From Chloropicon primus (lineage: Eukaryota): a stretch of 64,000 nucleotides of DNA. Within the stretch, counting starts at the first letter, position 1; each line of letters opens with the position of its first letter. Made by a program: the position numbers and the translations under genes. Below the pieces are notes generated by a model. It did not search any database. It was given only the letters and a program-made list of their open reading frames with translations, and had not been told where the DNA came from. Below are positions 9,498-20,200 of the stretch, piece by piece. The stretch lies in contig CP060763.1 of assembly GCA_023205875.1 (NCBI GenBank), positions 1 to 64,000 on the forward strand, read 5' to 3'.

Positions 9498-12400
9498 TCA
9501 CAAGAACTTGTTCTGTATCTTCCTGTGGATGTGGCAGAGGTACTCCACGTACGACATCCCGTTCTGGGTTCGGTCCTCCACGAGCTTGGCCAGCATCTTG
9601 GTCTCCGCCATGGACCCCCTCGCGACGAACTTTAGCCTCATGCACTTGCCGGGGCACATGGAGGACACCACCTTGAAGCACAGGCCGCCCAGGTCGCCCT
9701 TGCTGAACCCGACGAGGTTGGTGTTGAGCTTCCTCTGTATCATCTCGAACGTCGTCTCGCCAAAGAGCCTGTCCAAGACCGGCGGGTACACGCCGAGCCC
9801 GATCCAGATGTACCCGACGTCCTCCTCCAAGAGGAGCAGGCAAGCGTCGTCGTCCATGGCCTCGCTCGAGCACGAGAGCAGGTCCGGGTTCACGTCCCCC
9901 TCGTGGTCCGGGGGCAAGTCCGCCAGCTTGTGCAGCGCCACCAGCCTGGGAAAGAGCATGGGCAGGAGGTCCGTCATGGGAATCGCCGAGATCTTGGCCA
10001 CCAGGGAGGCCCTCGCGTCAGGCTCGCACTTTTGCTGCAGGGACTTGAGCTTGTTGAAGGCCAACATGTACAGGGGCATCAGCTTCAAGGCTTCCGGCAG
10101 AATCAGCTGGCCCGTGGAGGACGCGGTGGCGCAGTACTTCCTGTAGGCGTAAAGGATGTTGACGCACTGTGCCGTGGCCGCCTCCCTCACCTGCTGCGGC
10201 TGCATCTTCTTGAGCGGGAAGCGGTGCACCTCCTGCCTCAGTATTGCGTGCATCTGGGCGTCCAAGTCCGCCGAGCGGTACACGCTCCCCAAAACGGATG
10301 TGGTGGGCAAGGAGATGGTGTGCACCCTGATCCTCCTCTCCCCAAAGCTCGTGGTGTAGAGCAACGCGCACTGGAAGGAGCACTCCTGCCCTTCCTTGAG
10401 CCTCTCCTCGTGCTTGATGAAGGCGACGATGCTCTTGTCCGCATCGATCCCGGCCATGTCCACGTCCGTGGGGGTCCGCACCAGGAAGCTGCCTCTGTAC
10501 TCCTCCACCTCGAGGCCGGCGCTGGCTCTCACCCTCAAGAGGGCCTCGAAGCCCTGCTCCCTCGTCAGGTTGTACCTCAGGTCGTGAGAGAGCCTCTTGG
10601 CGTCAGCGTTCCTGCCGTTGCTTCCATCAAAGTCCTGGTACCCCACAAAGCTGCCTCCTGTGATCTCCGGGAAAAGTCGCAGCCTCGCGATGTCGAGGTG
10701 AGAGGTGGACGTCCTGCCAAAGCAAAAGACGTCCACGCAGACTTGCTTCTCCGCCAGCTCCTCCGCGACTCTCGTGTACAAGTCGCCCTTGGGCCATATC
10801 ATGTTGACCAACGTGCCCCCCTTTCCACCTTCCTTCCTCCTCTGGTCCGCCTCCGAGGGCTCCGCGCCCTGGCCCAGGTTGGTCAGGCTGGCCACAAAAG
10901 CGATCACCTTGCCGCCAACTTTCTGGATCACCTTGCCGCTGGAGTGAATGGCAGCAGCCGCGCAGCTCTCCTGGGGCACGAAGCCCCCCTTCCTGTCGTT
11001 GGAGGCGCTGTGCATGGACATCACGAACCTCAGGATCGCGCAGATCTCCTCCCTGTTCGACTCCCCGTCCAGCAGCACGGAGTTTGCGACCGGGGCGTAG
11101 GGCGTGTCCACGTCCGGCACCACGGTGATCTGGGGCTGCGCCGACCCAGGCTTCATGGAGATGTACTCGATCGTCCTTCCAAAGGTTGCGATTCCGACCT
11201 TGCCGGGGGCGACCCTCGCTCCCTGGTCCTCCTCGGCAGCGCCCCGGTTCTCGAAATTCCGCAGGATCGCCTCGCAGATCCGGTGGGTGATCCCCGCGTT
11301 CACCGCCTCCACGGAGCAATCGATCAAGAAGACGCAGGCCGGCCTCTGAGGCGGCCTGACGAGGTACTGGCTGCTTGCCGTGTACTCGACGGAGCCGAAC
11401 TGGAGCTCCGGCCTGTCGAACTGATCCCTTCGGGTGCCGTTCGGACCCAAGTTGCAAAAGTACCAAGGGGGACACTCGTTCATCGACCCGCACAGATTGC
11501 ACTGGAACCTCCTCCCGCCGTCCAGCCACCTCACGAAGGGGTTCATGTAGGCCTTGCACGTGGTGCACCTCACCGGGCCCTCCTGCGAAGCGTCCACCAA
11601 CATCACTTTCCCTTGGTTGGTGTCCAGGGGGTCCCCCGCGGCCAGGGGCTGACACAGGATCGCGAAGGGCATCTCGCACGTCCGCCTCACGTCCTTGGAC
11701 AGCGGGACCTGGTAAAACGTGCTCCTCATGAACCTGGGGGAGGCGTTGCCCAAGTCCTTGACCACGAACCTCGACGACGTCGGGGGCGGAGGAATCGAAG
11801 CGGAGGAGCTCAGGATGTTGCCGCGCATCAGCCTGTCCTCGTAAGGGTCCGGCCCACCCATCCCCATCCCCATCGCCCCAGCACCGCTCCCGTCCTTGTT
11901 GCTGTTATAGTTCCTCGTCTCGAACACCTGCAGAGCCCGCGCCTTGGCGTCCTGCTTGGGCCGAGGCATCTGGGCAGGGTTGATCCGCGAGGACGCCTTG
12001 TTCGCCGCAGAAGTGTTCGCCGATGGATGCAATGGCTTCGATGCCTGAGTCGGTGCCTGGGCCTCAGGAGCCCCTCCCAACCCCCGCTGCTGGTGCTGGT
12101 GCTGGTGCTGGACCGAACCCGGCGGCTTGCTTCCAAACACAGGCGGACCCCTTCCCCCTTGTGGCGGCGGCAGCGGCGGAGGTCCTTGGTGCTGCCGCTG
12201 CTGCGGAGCCCTCTGCTGCGGCACCGGAGGACCCGGACCCAAGCTAGGCCTCACCTGGCTCGGCATCGGCGGCCTCTTCATCGGTGGAGGACGAAACGGC
12301 AACGACGTCGAGGTCGCGGTCGAGGTCGAGGTCGAGGGAGGAGGGGGTCCCCTTCCCATCGGAACGACCGGCCGGAACGACGACGACGACGATGAGGGTG

Positions 12401-12638
12401 GACGAGGCTGGCCGTTCGCGTTCGGCGCCCCCCTTCCCATCGGAACGACCGGCCGGAACGACGACGGTGGCTGGCCGATCACTCCTCCCCTTCCCCTGCC
12501 CACAGGAGGAGGAGGAGGACGCTGCTGGTGTTGTTGTTGTTGTTGTTGGTGTTGGTGCTGGAGATGCTGGTGTTGGTAGAATGGCGGAGGCGGTCGTGCT
12601 CCCCCCTGAGGAGGAGTCGGGTTGTTCCTCTGCTCCAT
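9498..12638 (-). CDS. SEC24: COPII coat subunit Sec24 (Sec24C/D, CEF-like)
   Basis: Pro/Gln-rich N-terminus, zinc finger RCTTCKAYMNPF...CNLC, trunk FLIDCS, FQCALLYT..GERRIRVHT, GQLILPEALKL.PLY, C-terminal SYVEYLCHIHRKI. Confidence 0.95.
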   Translation of the reverse strand: MEQRNNPTPPQGGARPPPPFYQHQHLQHQHQQQQQQHQQRPPPPPVGRGRGGVIGQPPSSFRPVVPMGRGAPNANGQPRPPSSSSSSFRPVVPMGRGPPPPSTSTSTATSTSLPFRPPPMKRPPMPSQVRPSLGPGPPVPQQRAPQQRQHQGPPPLPPPQGGRGPPVFGSKPPGSVQHQHQHQQRGLGGAPEAQAPTQASKPLHPSANTSAANKASSRINPAQMPRPKQDAKARALQVFETRNYNSNKDGSGAGAMGMGMGGPDPYEDRLMRGNILSSSASIPPPPTSSRFVVKDLGNASPRFMRSTFYQVPLSKDVRRTCEMPFAILCQPLAAGDPLDTNQGKVMLVDASQEGPVRCTTCKAYMNPFVRWLDGGRRFQCNLCGSMNECPPWYFCNLGPNGTRRDQFDRPELQFGSVEYTASSQYLVRPPQRPACVFLIDCSVEAVNAGITHRICEAILRNFENRGAAEEDQGARVAPGKVGIATFGRTIEYISMKPGSAQPQITVVPDVDTPYAPVANSVLLDGESNREEICAILRFVMSMHSASNDRKGGFVPQESCAAAAIHSSGKVIQKVGGKVIAFVASLTNLGQGAEPSEADQRRKEGGKGGTLVNMIWPKGDLYTRVAEELAEKQVCVDVFCFGRTSTSHLDIARLRLFPEITGGSFVGYQDFDGSNGRNADAKRLSHDLRYNLTREQGFEALLRVRASAGLEVEEYRGSFLVRTPTDVDMAGIDADKSIVAFIKHEERLKEGQECSFQCALLYTTSFGERRIRVHTISLPTTSVLGSVYRSADLDAQMHAILRQEVHRFPLKKMQPQQVREAATAQCVNILYAYRKYCATASSTGQLILPEALKLMPLYMLAFNKLKSLQQKCEPDARASLVAKISAIPMTDLLPMLFPRLVALHKLADLPPDHEGDVNPDLLSCSSEAMDDDACLLLLEEDVGYIWIGLGVYPPVLDRLFGETTFEMIQRKLNTNLVGFSKGDLGGLCFKVVSSMCPGKCMRLKFVARGSMAETKMLAKLVEDRTQNGMSYVEYLCHIHRKIQNKFL

Positions 12639-13026
12639 GTCCTCCACTCTCTCTGCGCTCCTCTCTGCTCACTGAAACGAAACCTAAAATCAAATTTTGG
12701 CCGCTGCTGCTGCCTGGCCCACAACAGGGGGAGAGGCTGGTGACCAAGGGGGAGGAGGGAGGACATGAGGCAAGCCATGCGGAGGACTTGATCCGATCCC
12801 GTCCTGCTCTCTCTGATCTCTCTCAGCTCTCTCTCTGGTCTCTTTCTCTCCTGGGCTCTCGGTTGGGAGGGAGGAGGAGCAACAGAAGGACGAGGACGAC
12901 GGGGAAGGGAAGGAGGCGGGGGGATTGGGCCAAGCAATGAAGAATACGCTCGTTACAGAAGTGATCCTGTCTCCTCGAGGGCGGTGGGGAGGGGACCCTC
13001 GCCGCCCAATCATCATGCCACTGTGT

Positions 13027-13445
13027 TCACAGGCACCTGAGCCTGCAGAAGAAGCTGTCCCGGCCACATGAGTCGAGGCAAATCGTGGACCCGAGGGTTG
13101 AGCCTGGCCAGCAGGGAAGCAGGGGCGAGCCTCGCATCCAGAATGCTGCGCCCACGCCCGGATCCTCGTAGGTGCTTCGGATCACAAAAGAAAAGAGGGA
13201 GAGGTTTCGTGAGCGACCGAGCAGGATGGAAAAGGCGCTGTCATCACTCACCATCGACGGCAGACTTCTTCGTACGTGCAGGAGTGTTGCGGGGTACTGC
13301 ACTGAAGCCAGGCCAGGATGTTCCATCCGTACGGGCAACCGCCCCCCTGTTGCAGAGCACGCGCTGCTTCCACGGTTTGCGATGCCAAGCATGCGACCAA
13401 AACGCATGACACTATGAACGCTATGAATGACGACGAAGACTTCAT
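13027..13445 (-). CDS. Secreted cysteine-rich peptide (113 aa, 2 exons: 13445-13252 and 13174-13027)
   Basis: Signal MKSSSSFIAFIVSCVLVACLASQTVEA, then ARALQQ. A 77-nt GTGAGT...AG intron joins two ORF-track fragments in frame, giving 10 Cys in the mature part. Confidence 0.75.
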
Positions 13446-13464
13446 CCTTTTACTGTGTTGTCGA

Positions 13465-13571
13465 GTTCGTAACGGCTGGCTGCGTTCTCCCGTCGTGGAT
13501 CGGCGGCGTTGTTCGTAACGGCTGGCTGCGTTCTCTCGTCGCGGATCGGCGGCGTTGTTCGTAACGGCTGG
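13465..13571. repeat. 46-bp tandem repeat, about 2.3 copies
   Basis: GTTCGTAACGGCTGGC at 13465, 13511 and 13557. Confidence 0.85.
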
Positions 13572-13939
13572 CGGATTAGGCCGCGGTCGACTCGATGTCT
13601 GAATTGCTCCATTCGCCATAGCGACGATTTCGAGGAAAATGCGAAATTTTTTCCAGGGGACGAGGGACCTCAGGACAACAAGGCAAAGGAAAGGATGGTG
13701 CATCCATCTTCATCGTCGTCCCCGTCGTGAACAGATTGTTGTTGTGGATGGATTACTCTGTGGTTTAGGTCTGACCTCGCCGACAATGCAAAAGCTTTTT
13801 CTTTTTTATATTTTCCCTCTAGCAGGATTATTGGCTCGCCTTCCTGAGGGCCTCCATGTGGGCCTCCATGTGGCAAAAAGAAAGATGTTAGTGGTGGTGC
13901 ATCATCATCATCTTCATCGTCGTCCCCGTCTTTAACAGA

Positions 13940-15886
13940 TTAGGATTGGGCCGCCTTCCTGAGGTCCTCCATGTGGCAAAACTTCTTGTACGTCTCGACG
14001 GTCAGGGTGCCCTCGCCGTGGCTCTGGGCGAGGAGCCTGGACAGGGTCAATGTCCTGTGGAAGTGCTCCGCGCCCACCGACCTGGGGTCCTTCTGCCTCT
14101 GCTGCACAAAGTCCTGTTGCAGGACGGAGGACACCTCCTCCGGAATGGCGTAGTCCAGGAGCCAGCAGTGGGCAAGGTACGCGCGGATCTCGTTCAGGTC
14201 GGCCTCCGAGGGGCTCCCCGCGGCCGCGGCCTCCTGCTGGTGCTGCGGCTTGATCTGGACGCACGTGTCGCAGGGGAGGAGGCTCTTCGTGGTGCTCACG
14301 ACGGTGATGGGCACGTTGCAGGGGATGGGGAGCCTGTAGAACTGGAAGTCGGCCTCCAAGGTCTGGTTCTCCATGAGGTTCTTCAGGGCCTGGAAGTTTT
14401 GCACCCCCACCTGCGCCAGCTGGCCCTCCTTGAGCTGGGTCTCGTCCAGCAGCAAGTGGGTTTGGTCCGCCAGCAGCAGCGGCCCCCCCACGAGCCTCGA
14501 CACCCTGTAGTCCTTCCTGGGCCACAGGGGCCAAGCGTTGAGCTTCTGCAGGGACAGGGGGAGGGACTGGCACCTCGGGACGAGGGACCTCAGGAGGGCC
14601 TCGAGGGCGGCGCACTCCTTGCCGCTCAGGTGGCTCCCCGTGAGGTTGAGGGCGTGCTTGCCCACGACGATGCCGGTGTTGGCGCCGGCGTCCCTCCTGC
14701 AGCTGCTGAGCAGGTGGATGAGGAGGTACTCGGCCGCGAGCCTGTCCCCCTGGAGGTGCCTGGCCACCAGGTCGACGGCCTTGGCCCTCGCCGCCTCCAG
14801 CTTTGCCTTGTCCTGCCGGAGGGCGAGGGCGACCGGGTTCCTCGCGAACTTCTCCTCCATCAGGTGCTGGTAGCACTGCACCTTCCTCCCCACGATCACG
14901 TGAACCCTCGGAACCTGAGAAGCGGGAGGGTTGTTGGCCAAGTCCTCCTGGGTCACCTCCTCCCCCTCCTGGAACTGGCCCGACTGGAAGAGCGCAAGCC
15001 TCGGGTCGACCCCGAGCACTCCGATCACCTCCACCACGTCGTTCAGCTTGACGCCCTCGAGGCCCGGGGCGGGCGCCCCGCTCTCGTCCGCGGTCTCGTA
15101 GATCTTCACCAGGCAGGGCTTCTCCCCCTCGTTCTGGTTCACCTTGGTGCCGAGGTCGACCTCCATCATGGAATCGTCGGAGGGCTGCTGCTGCTGCTGC
15201 TGCTGCTGGGTGCCGCAGCACGACTCTCCCGCCGCGCAGCACCCGCCCTTTCCCCCGACCCTCCTCTTGGCCTGCCCAGCCGGGTCGCACTCCATCATCG
15301 CGTCGTCGTCGCCGTCCTCCCTGACACCCTCCTCCTGGTCCGGCGCCGACCTCTTCCTGTCGGAGGAGAAGACCTCCATCTCCTCCAGTTGATGCTTGGC
15401 CGCCTCGGCTCCAGGTCTCACCCAGGCCGCCTCTCCCGTAACCGCCACGCAGAACAGCGGCTTCCTCTCCCACATCACCGTCTCACTCGCCTCACTCAAG
15501 TCGTCCTTGGCAAAGTCCTGGTACTTTGTGGTCTGCCAGGCTCCGTCCTTCCTGTACGCACCAGTGAAGTACTCCGGGTTCAGCATGTCCCTCACCATGC
15601 CGATGTACCTGACCAGCGAGCCATCGGGAAGGTGAGTGATGTCCTCCGAGGAAGTGTCGTTCAGGCACGGCACTTCCTCTTTCCTCGAGGGATCCAAAAG
15701 GTAGGGCAAGAACGCCTCCCTCACTCCAGGAATAAAAGACTGAGGAGGAGGAGGATGCTGGTGCTGGTGCTGGTGTTGGGGATTGGAGGAGGTGTTCCCG
15801 CCAGTGCCACCGCACGCCTCCTGGAACCTCTCCCTCACGAACCCCACCGGGTTCCCAACCCTCTGATCCAGACCCGAACCCGTCAT
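13940..15886 (-). CDS. MCMBP: Mini-chromosome maintenance complex-binding protein (MCM-BP/ETG1)
   Basis: LVRYIGMVRDMLNPEYF, GDRLAAEYLLIHLLS, PRKDY..SRL.GG.L.L, LDET.L.EG.L...GV.N motifs. Confidence 0.9.
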   Translation of the reverse strand: MTGSGLDQRVGNPVGFVRERFQEACGGTGGNTSSNPQHQHQHQHPPPPQSFIPGVREAFLPYLLDPSRKEEVPCLNDTSSEDITHLPDGSLVRYIGMVRDMLNPEYFTGAYRKDGAWQTTKYQDFAKDDLSEASETVMWERKPLFCVAVTGEAAWVRPGAEAAKHQLEEMEVFSSDRKRSAPDQEEGVREDGDDDAMMECDPAGQAKRRVGGKGGCCAAGESCCGTQQQQQQQQPSDDSMMEVDLGTKVNQNEGEKPCLVKIYETADESGAPAPGLEGVKLNDVVEVIGVLGVDPRLALFQSGQFQEGEEVTQEDLANNPPASQVPRVHVIVGRKVQCYQHLMEEKFARNPVALALRQDKAKLEAARAKAVDLVARHLQGDRLAAEYLLIHLLSSCRRDAGANTGIVVGKHALNLTGSHLSGKECAALEALLRSLVPRCQSLPLSLQKLNAWPLWPRKDYRVSRLVGGPLLLADQTHLLLDETQLKEGQLAQVGVQNFQALKNLMENQTLEADFQFYRLPIPCNVPITVVSTTKSLLPCDTCVQIKPQHQQEAAAAGSPSEADLNEIRAYLAHCWLLDYAIPEEVSSVLQQDFVQQRQKDPRSVGAEHFHRTLTLSRLLAQSHGEGTLTVETYKKFCHMEDLRKAAQS

Positions 15887-16150
15887 CCCAATCTAAATCC
15901 TTCCTTCCTTCCTTCCTTGGTTCCTTGGTTCGTTGGTCAAGAACAAGCCGACCAAGCGAGTGGAAAGTGGAGCGGACGAAGAACAAACCGTTCTCCTCAC
16001 AAAGTGACCCGCTCTGTCTCTCTCTCCGTCTCTTTGTTCGCCGCGCCGTCGCTCGTTCCCCTCGATTTTGGCGCGAACGAATGAAGAAAAGGGCGCGAAT
16101 TTTGGCGGGAGAGGAGAGAGGAGGAGGAGACATCCATCCATTGGATTGCG

Positions 16151-16828
16151 ATGAGTTTCCGGAAGGAGAAGAGAGGGTTGGTGGGGAGGCAGAACGTGGC
16201 GCTGTTGCAGACCTTGGCAGTGCTCTACTTGTATCTGTCCATCCTCCTCGGTCGGGATAGGGATGGGGATCACCACCAGCAGGAAACCGGGATTCGTCAT
16301 TACTTGACGAGTGCATTGGGTGTGGTGTACGTCCTGAGGTGCAACCTCATGCTCCGCTGGCTGTTGCCACGTGCGGTATCCAAGGAGGAGATTTACTTTG
16401 TGTTTCCTGTGTTCCTTCCTGTGGTTTTGCTTTCCCTCGCCAAAGGGGCCAAGGACGTGGAGAGGGAGGTGACCACGGTGGAGGCACTCGTGGCCCTGGG
16501 ACTGTACGCCGCGGGCTCTTGGCTCAGCACGCGGTCGGAGTGGCAGAGGAAGGCGTGGAAGGAGCGGCGGGAGAACAGAGGGAAGTGCTACACGGAGGGG
16601 CTCTTCGCCCTGTCCAGGAATCCCAACTACCTGGGAGACGTGGTGCTGTTCTCGGGCTGGGCTCTCGCGACGGGACGGTGGTGGACCTGGTGGGTGCCCC
16701 TGTTCATGGGCCTCTCCTTCGTGTTTTACCACATCCCGGAGAAGGAGGCGTACCTGGCAAGCCGCTACAAGGCGCAGTGGCCGGCCTACAAGGCGAGGAC
16801 GAAGGCTTTGCTGCCGTACATTCACTGA
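16151..16828 (+). CDS. DUF1295 / steroid 5-alpha-reductase-like membrane protein
   Basis: Several TM segments and GKCYTEGLFALSRNPNYLGD...E..L..RY...W..Y...T..L.P. Confidence 0.85.
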   Translation: MSFRKEKRGLVGRQNVALLQTLAVLYLYLSILLGRDRDGDHHQQETGIRHYLTSALGVVYVLRCNLMLRWLLPRAVSKEEIYFVFPVFLPVVLLSLAKGAKDVEREVTTVEALVALGLYAAGSWLSTRSEWQRKAWKERRENRGKCYTEGLFALSRNPNYLGDVVLFSGWALATGRWWTWWVPLFMGLSFVFYHIPEKEAYLASRYKAQWPAYKARTKALLPYIH

Positions 16829-16907
16829 AGGAAGGAAGGGGAAGCAAAACGAGGCAAAGCTAATGAATACGAATGAATGAATTTGCTGTTCTCTTCTGTT
16901 TTGTTTC

Positions 16908-17717
16908 TCAGCCGCGTCGAGCTCGGGGCTGGGGCTTGACCTTGAACTCCCTGGCGCCCCTCGCTGCGTGGTCGGCCTCCATCGCCTTCTTCCTCGAGAG
17001 GTACTTGGAGCAGGTCATGACATCGCCGATGTAGGAGTCCTCGAGCCACTCCCCCTCCTGAGGCACGATCTCCCCGTTGCCCTTGGGAATCAACTTCACC
17101 CCGCAGCCGTGCATGTTGTTCTCGGACCACTCCCCCCGGTACACCCTGCGGGACCACGACGACGACGACGAAGAAGAAGAAGAAGAAGAAGAATTGTTTC
17201 CGAGGTGGGTTGTCAGCAACGAAGAATGTAACCCCTCGCGAGCCTTCAGATTGGCAACGCTACTTACGCTCCGTTCTTCCAGACGTAGACCCCGAGTCCG
17301 TTCATGTGGTTGTCCTTGTACTCCCCCTCGTACCTGTCCCCGTTGGCATACCTCAGCACGCCCCGAATGTGGCACTTCCCCTCCCTCACCAAACCCTCGT
17401 AGTTGCTGCCATCCCTCTGCGAGAACGAGGGCGAGACAGACGGAAACGTGTCAGCAGAAGAAGGCAAAACGTCCAAGAGGGGAAAGAATCCAAGCAGCGG
17501 GCTGACTCACCCACTTGACGCTCTCCCAAGTGACTTGGCTGCTCGTGGCTTCGTTCTCGTTTTCTTTCCCTCGACTCCTCCTCGCTTTCCTCCTGCTCCT
17601 GTTCACCTCCTCCTCGTCAAACGTTCCCTCCACCTTGACCCTCGCATCCGCCCCTCGGCTGTCCTTCCTCCTCCACCCACCAAGGAGATCCAGCACAGCA
17701 GCACCCATGCCCCTCAT
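16908..17717 (-). CDS. MORN-repeat protein (exons about 17717-17511, 17416-17268, 17145-16908)
   Basis: Spliced MORN motifs DGSNYEG, NGDRYEGEYKDNHMNGLG and GAVYRGEWSENNMHGCG. The GT-AG introns keep frame; the start codon is uncertain. Confidence 0.8.
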
Positions 17718-18336
17718 TGCTCCTCGCCTTTGCTTCCTTGCTCGTGCCTCGAATCAAGAACCAAATCCTTCCACCGAGGGGTCTCCCGAAAGATCTCGAG
17801 ACGTGAGATCGACCCGTCCCGCCTCCCGTGCCTCCACCTCCTCCGATCGCTCCCCAAGCAACCGGCCCGCTCCTCTCCCTCTCCCTCTCCCCTCCTCCCT
17901 CTCCCTTGGTGGTTTCGTCCGGCCGCCACCGAGGTCAATCCGGCACCAAATCCTTCCACCGAGGGGTCTCCTGAAAGATCTCGAGACGCACGATCGATCA
18001 ACGCCCTCCCTTCTCGCCCCTCTCTCTCCCCTCGCCCCCCGATCGCAACCCAAACCTCCGCCCCGCTCCTCTCCCTCTCCCTCTCCCTCTCCGCCGCTCC
18101 CCTGCCGTCCTGGAATAGAAAACCCCGTCTTCGGTAACGCTCGATCGATCGAATCGATCGAGGCCCCGTGTTTTGTGTAGAAAACGCTTACGATCGATGT
18201 TGGCGCCTCTTTCTCGAGATCAGAGATATTTCACCAACCGATCGATCGATCGCACCGATCGGCAACAACGAGAGAACAGAGCAACGACGACGACGACGAC
18301 GACGACGACGAGGAGGAGGAGGTGGACGACGAGGAG

Positions 18337-18370
<34 letters not shown>

Positions 18371-18610
18371 CGCGTTTTTTTGTTTTTTTTGCTTTTCTTG
18401 TTTCTTTCTTCTTTTTCGGCATTAAGGCCCGCGAGGAGTGGTTGACTTTACTTTACCCTTGGTCCCTCCGCAGCACGAGGACGCATCCCGTCACCAGCTT
18501 GCTTGCTTGCTCGGTGGTTCAACCCAAGCGTTGTCCATACTTTCTCCATACTCCATACTCCTTTCTCGGCATTAGGCATTAGGCCTCGGGTTTGAGTTTG
18601 TTGTGGCCTG

Positions 18611-20200
18611 ATGAGGAGTGTGAAGAAGGTGTACAAGGGCCTGAAGAAGAGCGCGTTGGACGAGGACCCTTGGGCGTCGAGGACCAAGGAGGCGACCTCG
18701 CAGGACGCGTGGGGGCCGACCGGAACGCAGTTGAACGAGCTCGCCAATGCTACGGCGTACGGACCGGAAGTCTTCAACGAGATCTTCAACGTGCTGTACA
18801 GGAGGCTGGACGAGAGGGAGAGCAAGTGGAGGAAGTGCCACAAGGCCCTCATCATCCTCGAGTTCTTCCTCCTCAAGGGGGACAAGCACTGCATCAACCC
18901 GGTGAGGATAGGGAGGTTCGGGCCCAAGCTGAGGGAGCTGGTGCACTTCTCGCACCAGGACCCCGCGACGGGGGAGGACGCCGGGGCCAGGATCAGCAAG
19001 AGGGCCAAGGCGATCCTCGAGATGACGGAGGACGTGGAGGACCTCATGGAGAGGAGGGAGAGGGCCTCCAAGACCAGGAGCTGCGTCGGGATCTCCTCGG
19101 ACGACAACATCGCCCCGCCCTCGAACGGCAGGGAGGAGGTCTACACCGCCGGCAAGAACTCCTTCGAGAGGAACGTGGCGGAGGGCAAGAAGTTCAAGGA
19201 GGCCGAGGTCTCGGACGACTGGGGGTCCAGGAACATGATCGACTCCCCGGGCCGCGACGGGTTCGTGCCGAAGTCCCTGATCGAGTCCCCGGACGTGCAC
19301 CAGGTCAAGATCAGCAAGGACGCCTTCGGGAGGGTGAGGAGCATCGAGGGCATGAAGGTGCCGGCGGAGACGGCGGAGTCCCCCCTGGGCCCGCGCTTCG
19401 ACGACGACCCCTTCGGCCTGTCCGGCCAGGTGGGCGGCGGCGAGGGGCAGAGCGTGGAGGCGGCGGGCACGAGCCACCCGAATCCGAGCCACAGGGAGTT
19501 GAGGAAGGTCGCCAGGAAGCACAGCTCTCGCAGGCTGGGGGCGCCCCCGACCGACGGGAGCGGCTCGAACAGGGGCGCGGCCAGCGGAGCGACGCCGGAA
19601 GCGAGGGCCTCGGTCCCGGAGCCCCTCCTGGACGCCTCGGCGGGGAACGCCAACGCCAGTGGCGCGGCCACCCCCCCTCCCTCCTCGTCGTTCTTCGACT
19701 TTTTCGACTCCGTGGTGGGCGGGGCCCCGACCTCGGCGACGCCGGAGGCGGGCGTCTCCCGGAGGGAGACCAACCCCTTCGCCGCCTTCGACGAAGGACC
19801 CCCGGGCGCCTTGGCCGGCACGGGAGGCACCCCCCCGGCCCACGTGGCCGTGCAGGACGTCGAGGAAACCGTCGAGTTCTGGAGGGACCAGGAGGCCCAG
19901 GCCGAGGCCGCCGCCCCCCCGGGTCGCGGCGGAGCGGATCCCGGCAAGCAGGAGTTCTCCGACCTGGTCGACTGGACCAACAAGATCGGGTTCGACTTTC
20001 AGAACTTGGACCTCGACACCTCCCACAGCCCGTACAAGGAGCTCTCGTCGTCCTCCAAGCCGAGCGAGAAGCGCATGCAGGGCCCTAGCATGAAGACCCT
20101 CTCTGCGGAGAAGAACAAGAGGAAGAGCAACGGAGGCGGAGCCGGGGCAGTCACAGGCGGCCCCTCCCCCTCCTCCTGGGAACCCTTCCAATCCTCCTGA
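18611..20200 (+). CDS. ENTH-domain (epsin-like) clathrin adaptor
   Basis: KEATSQDAWGPTG, WRKCHKALIILEFFL.KG, D.G..I..RAK.I; disordered tail with DPF and NPF motifs. Confidence 0.9.
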   Translation: MRSVKKVYKGLKKSALDEDPWASRTKEATSQDAWGPTGTQLNELANATAYGPEVFNEIFNVLYRRLDERESKWRKCHKALIILEFFLLKGDKHCINPVRIGRFGPKLRELVHFSHQDPATGEDAGARISKRAKAILEMTEDVEDLMERRERASKTRSCVGISSDDNIAPPSNGREEVYTAGKNSFERNVAEGKKFKEAEVSDDWGSRNMIDSPGRDGFVPKSLIESPDVHQVKISKDAFGRVRSIEGMKVPAETAESPLGPRFDDDPFGLSGQVGGGEGQSVEAAGTSHPNPSHRELRKVARKHSSRRLGAPPTDGSGSNRGAASGATPEARASVPEPLLDASAGNANASGAATPPPSSSFFDFFDSVVGGAPTSATPEAGVSRRETNPFAAFDEGPPGALAGTGGTPPAHVAVQDVEETVEFWRDQEAQAEAAAPPGRGGADPGKQEFSDLVDWTNKIGFDFQNLDLDTSHSPYKELSSSSKPSEKRMQGPSMKTLSAEKNKRKSNGGGAGAVTGGPSPSSWEPFQSS

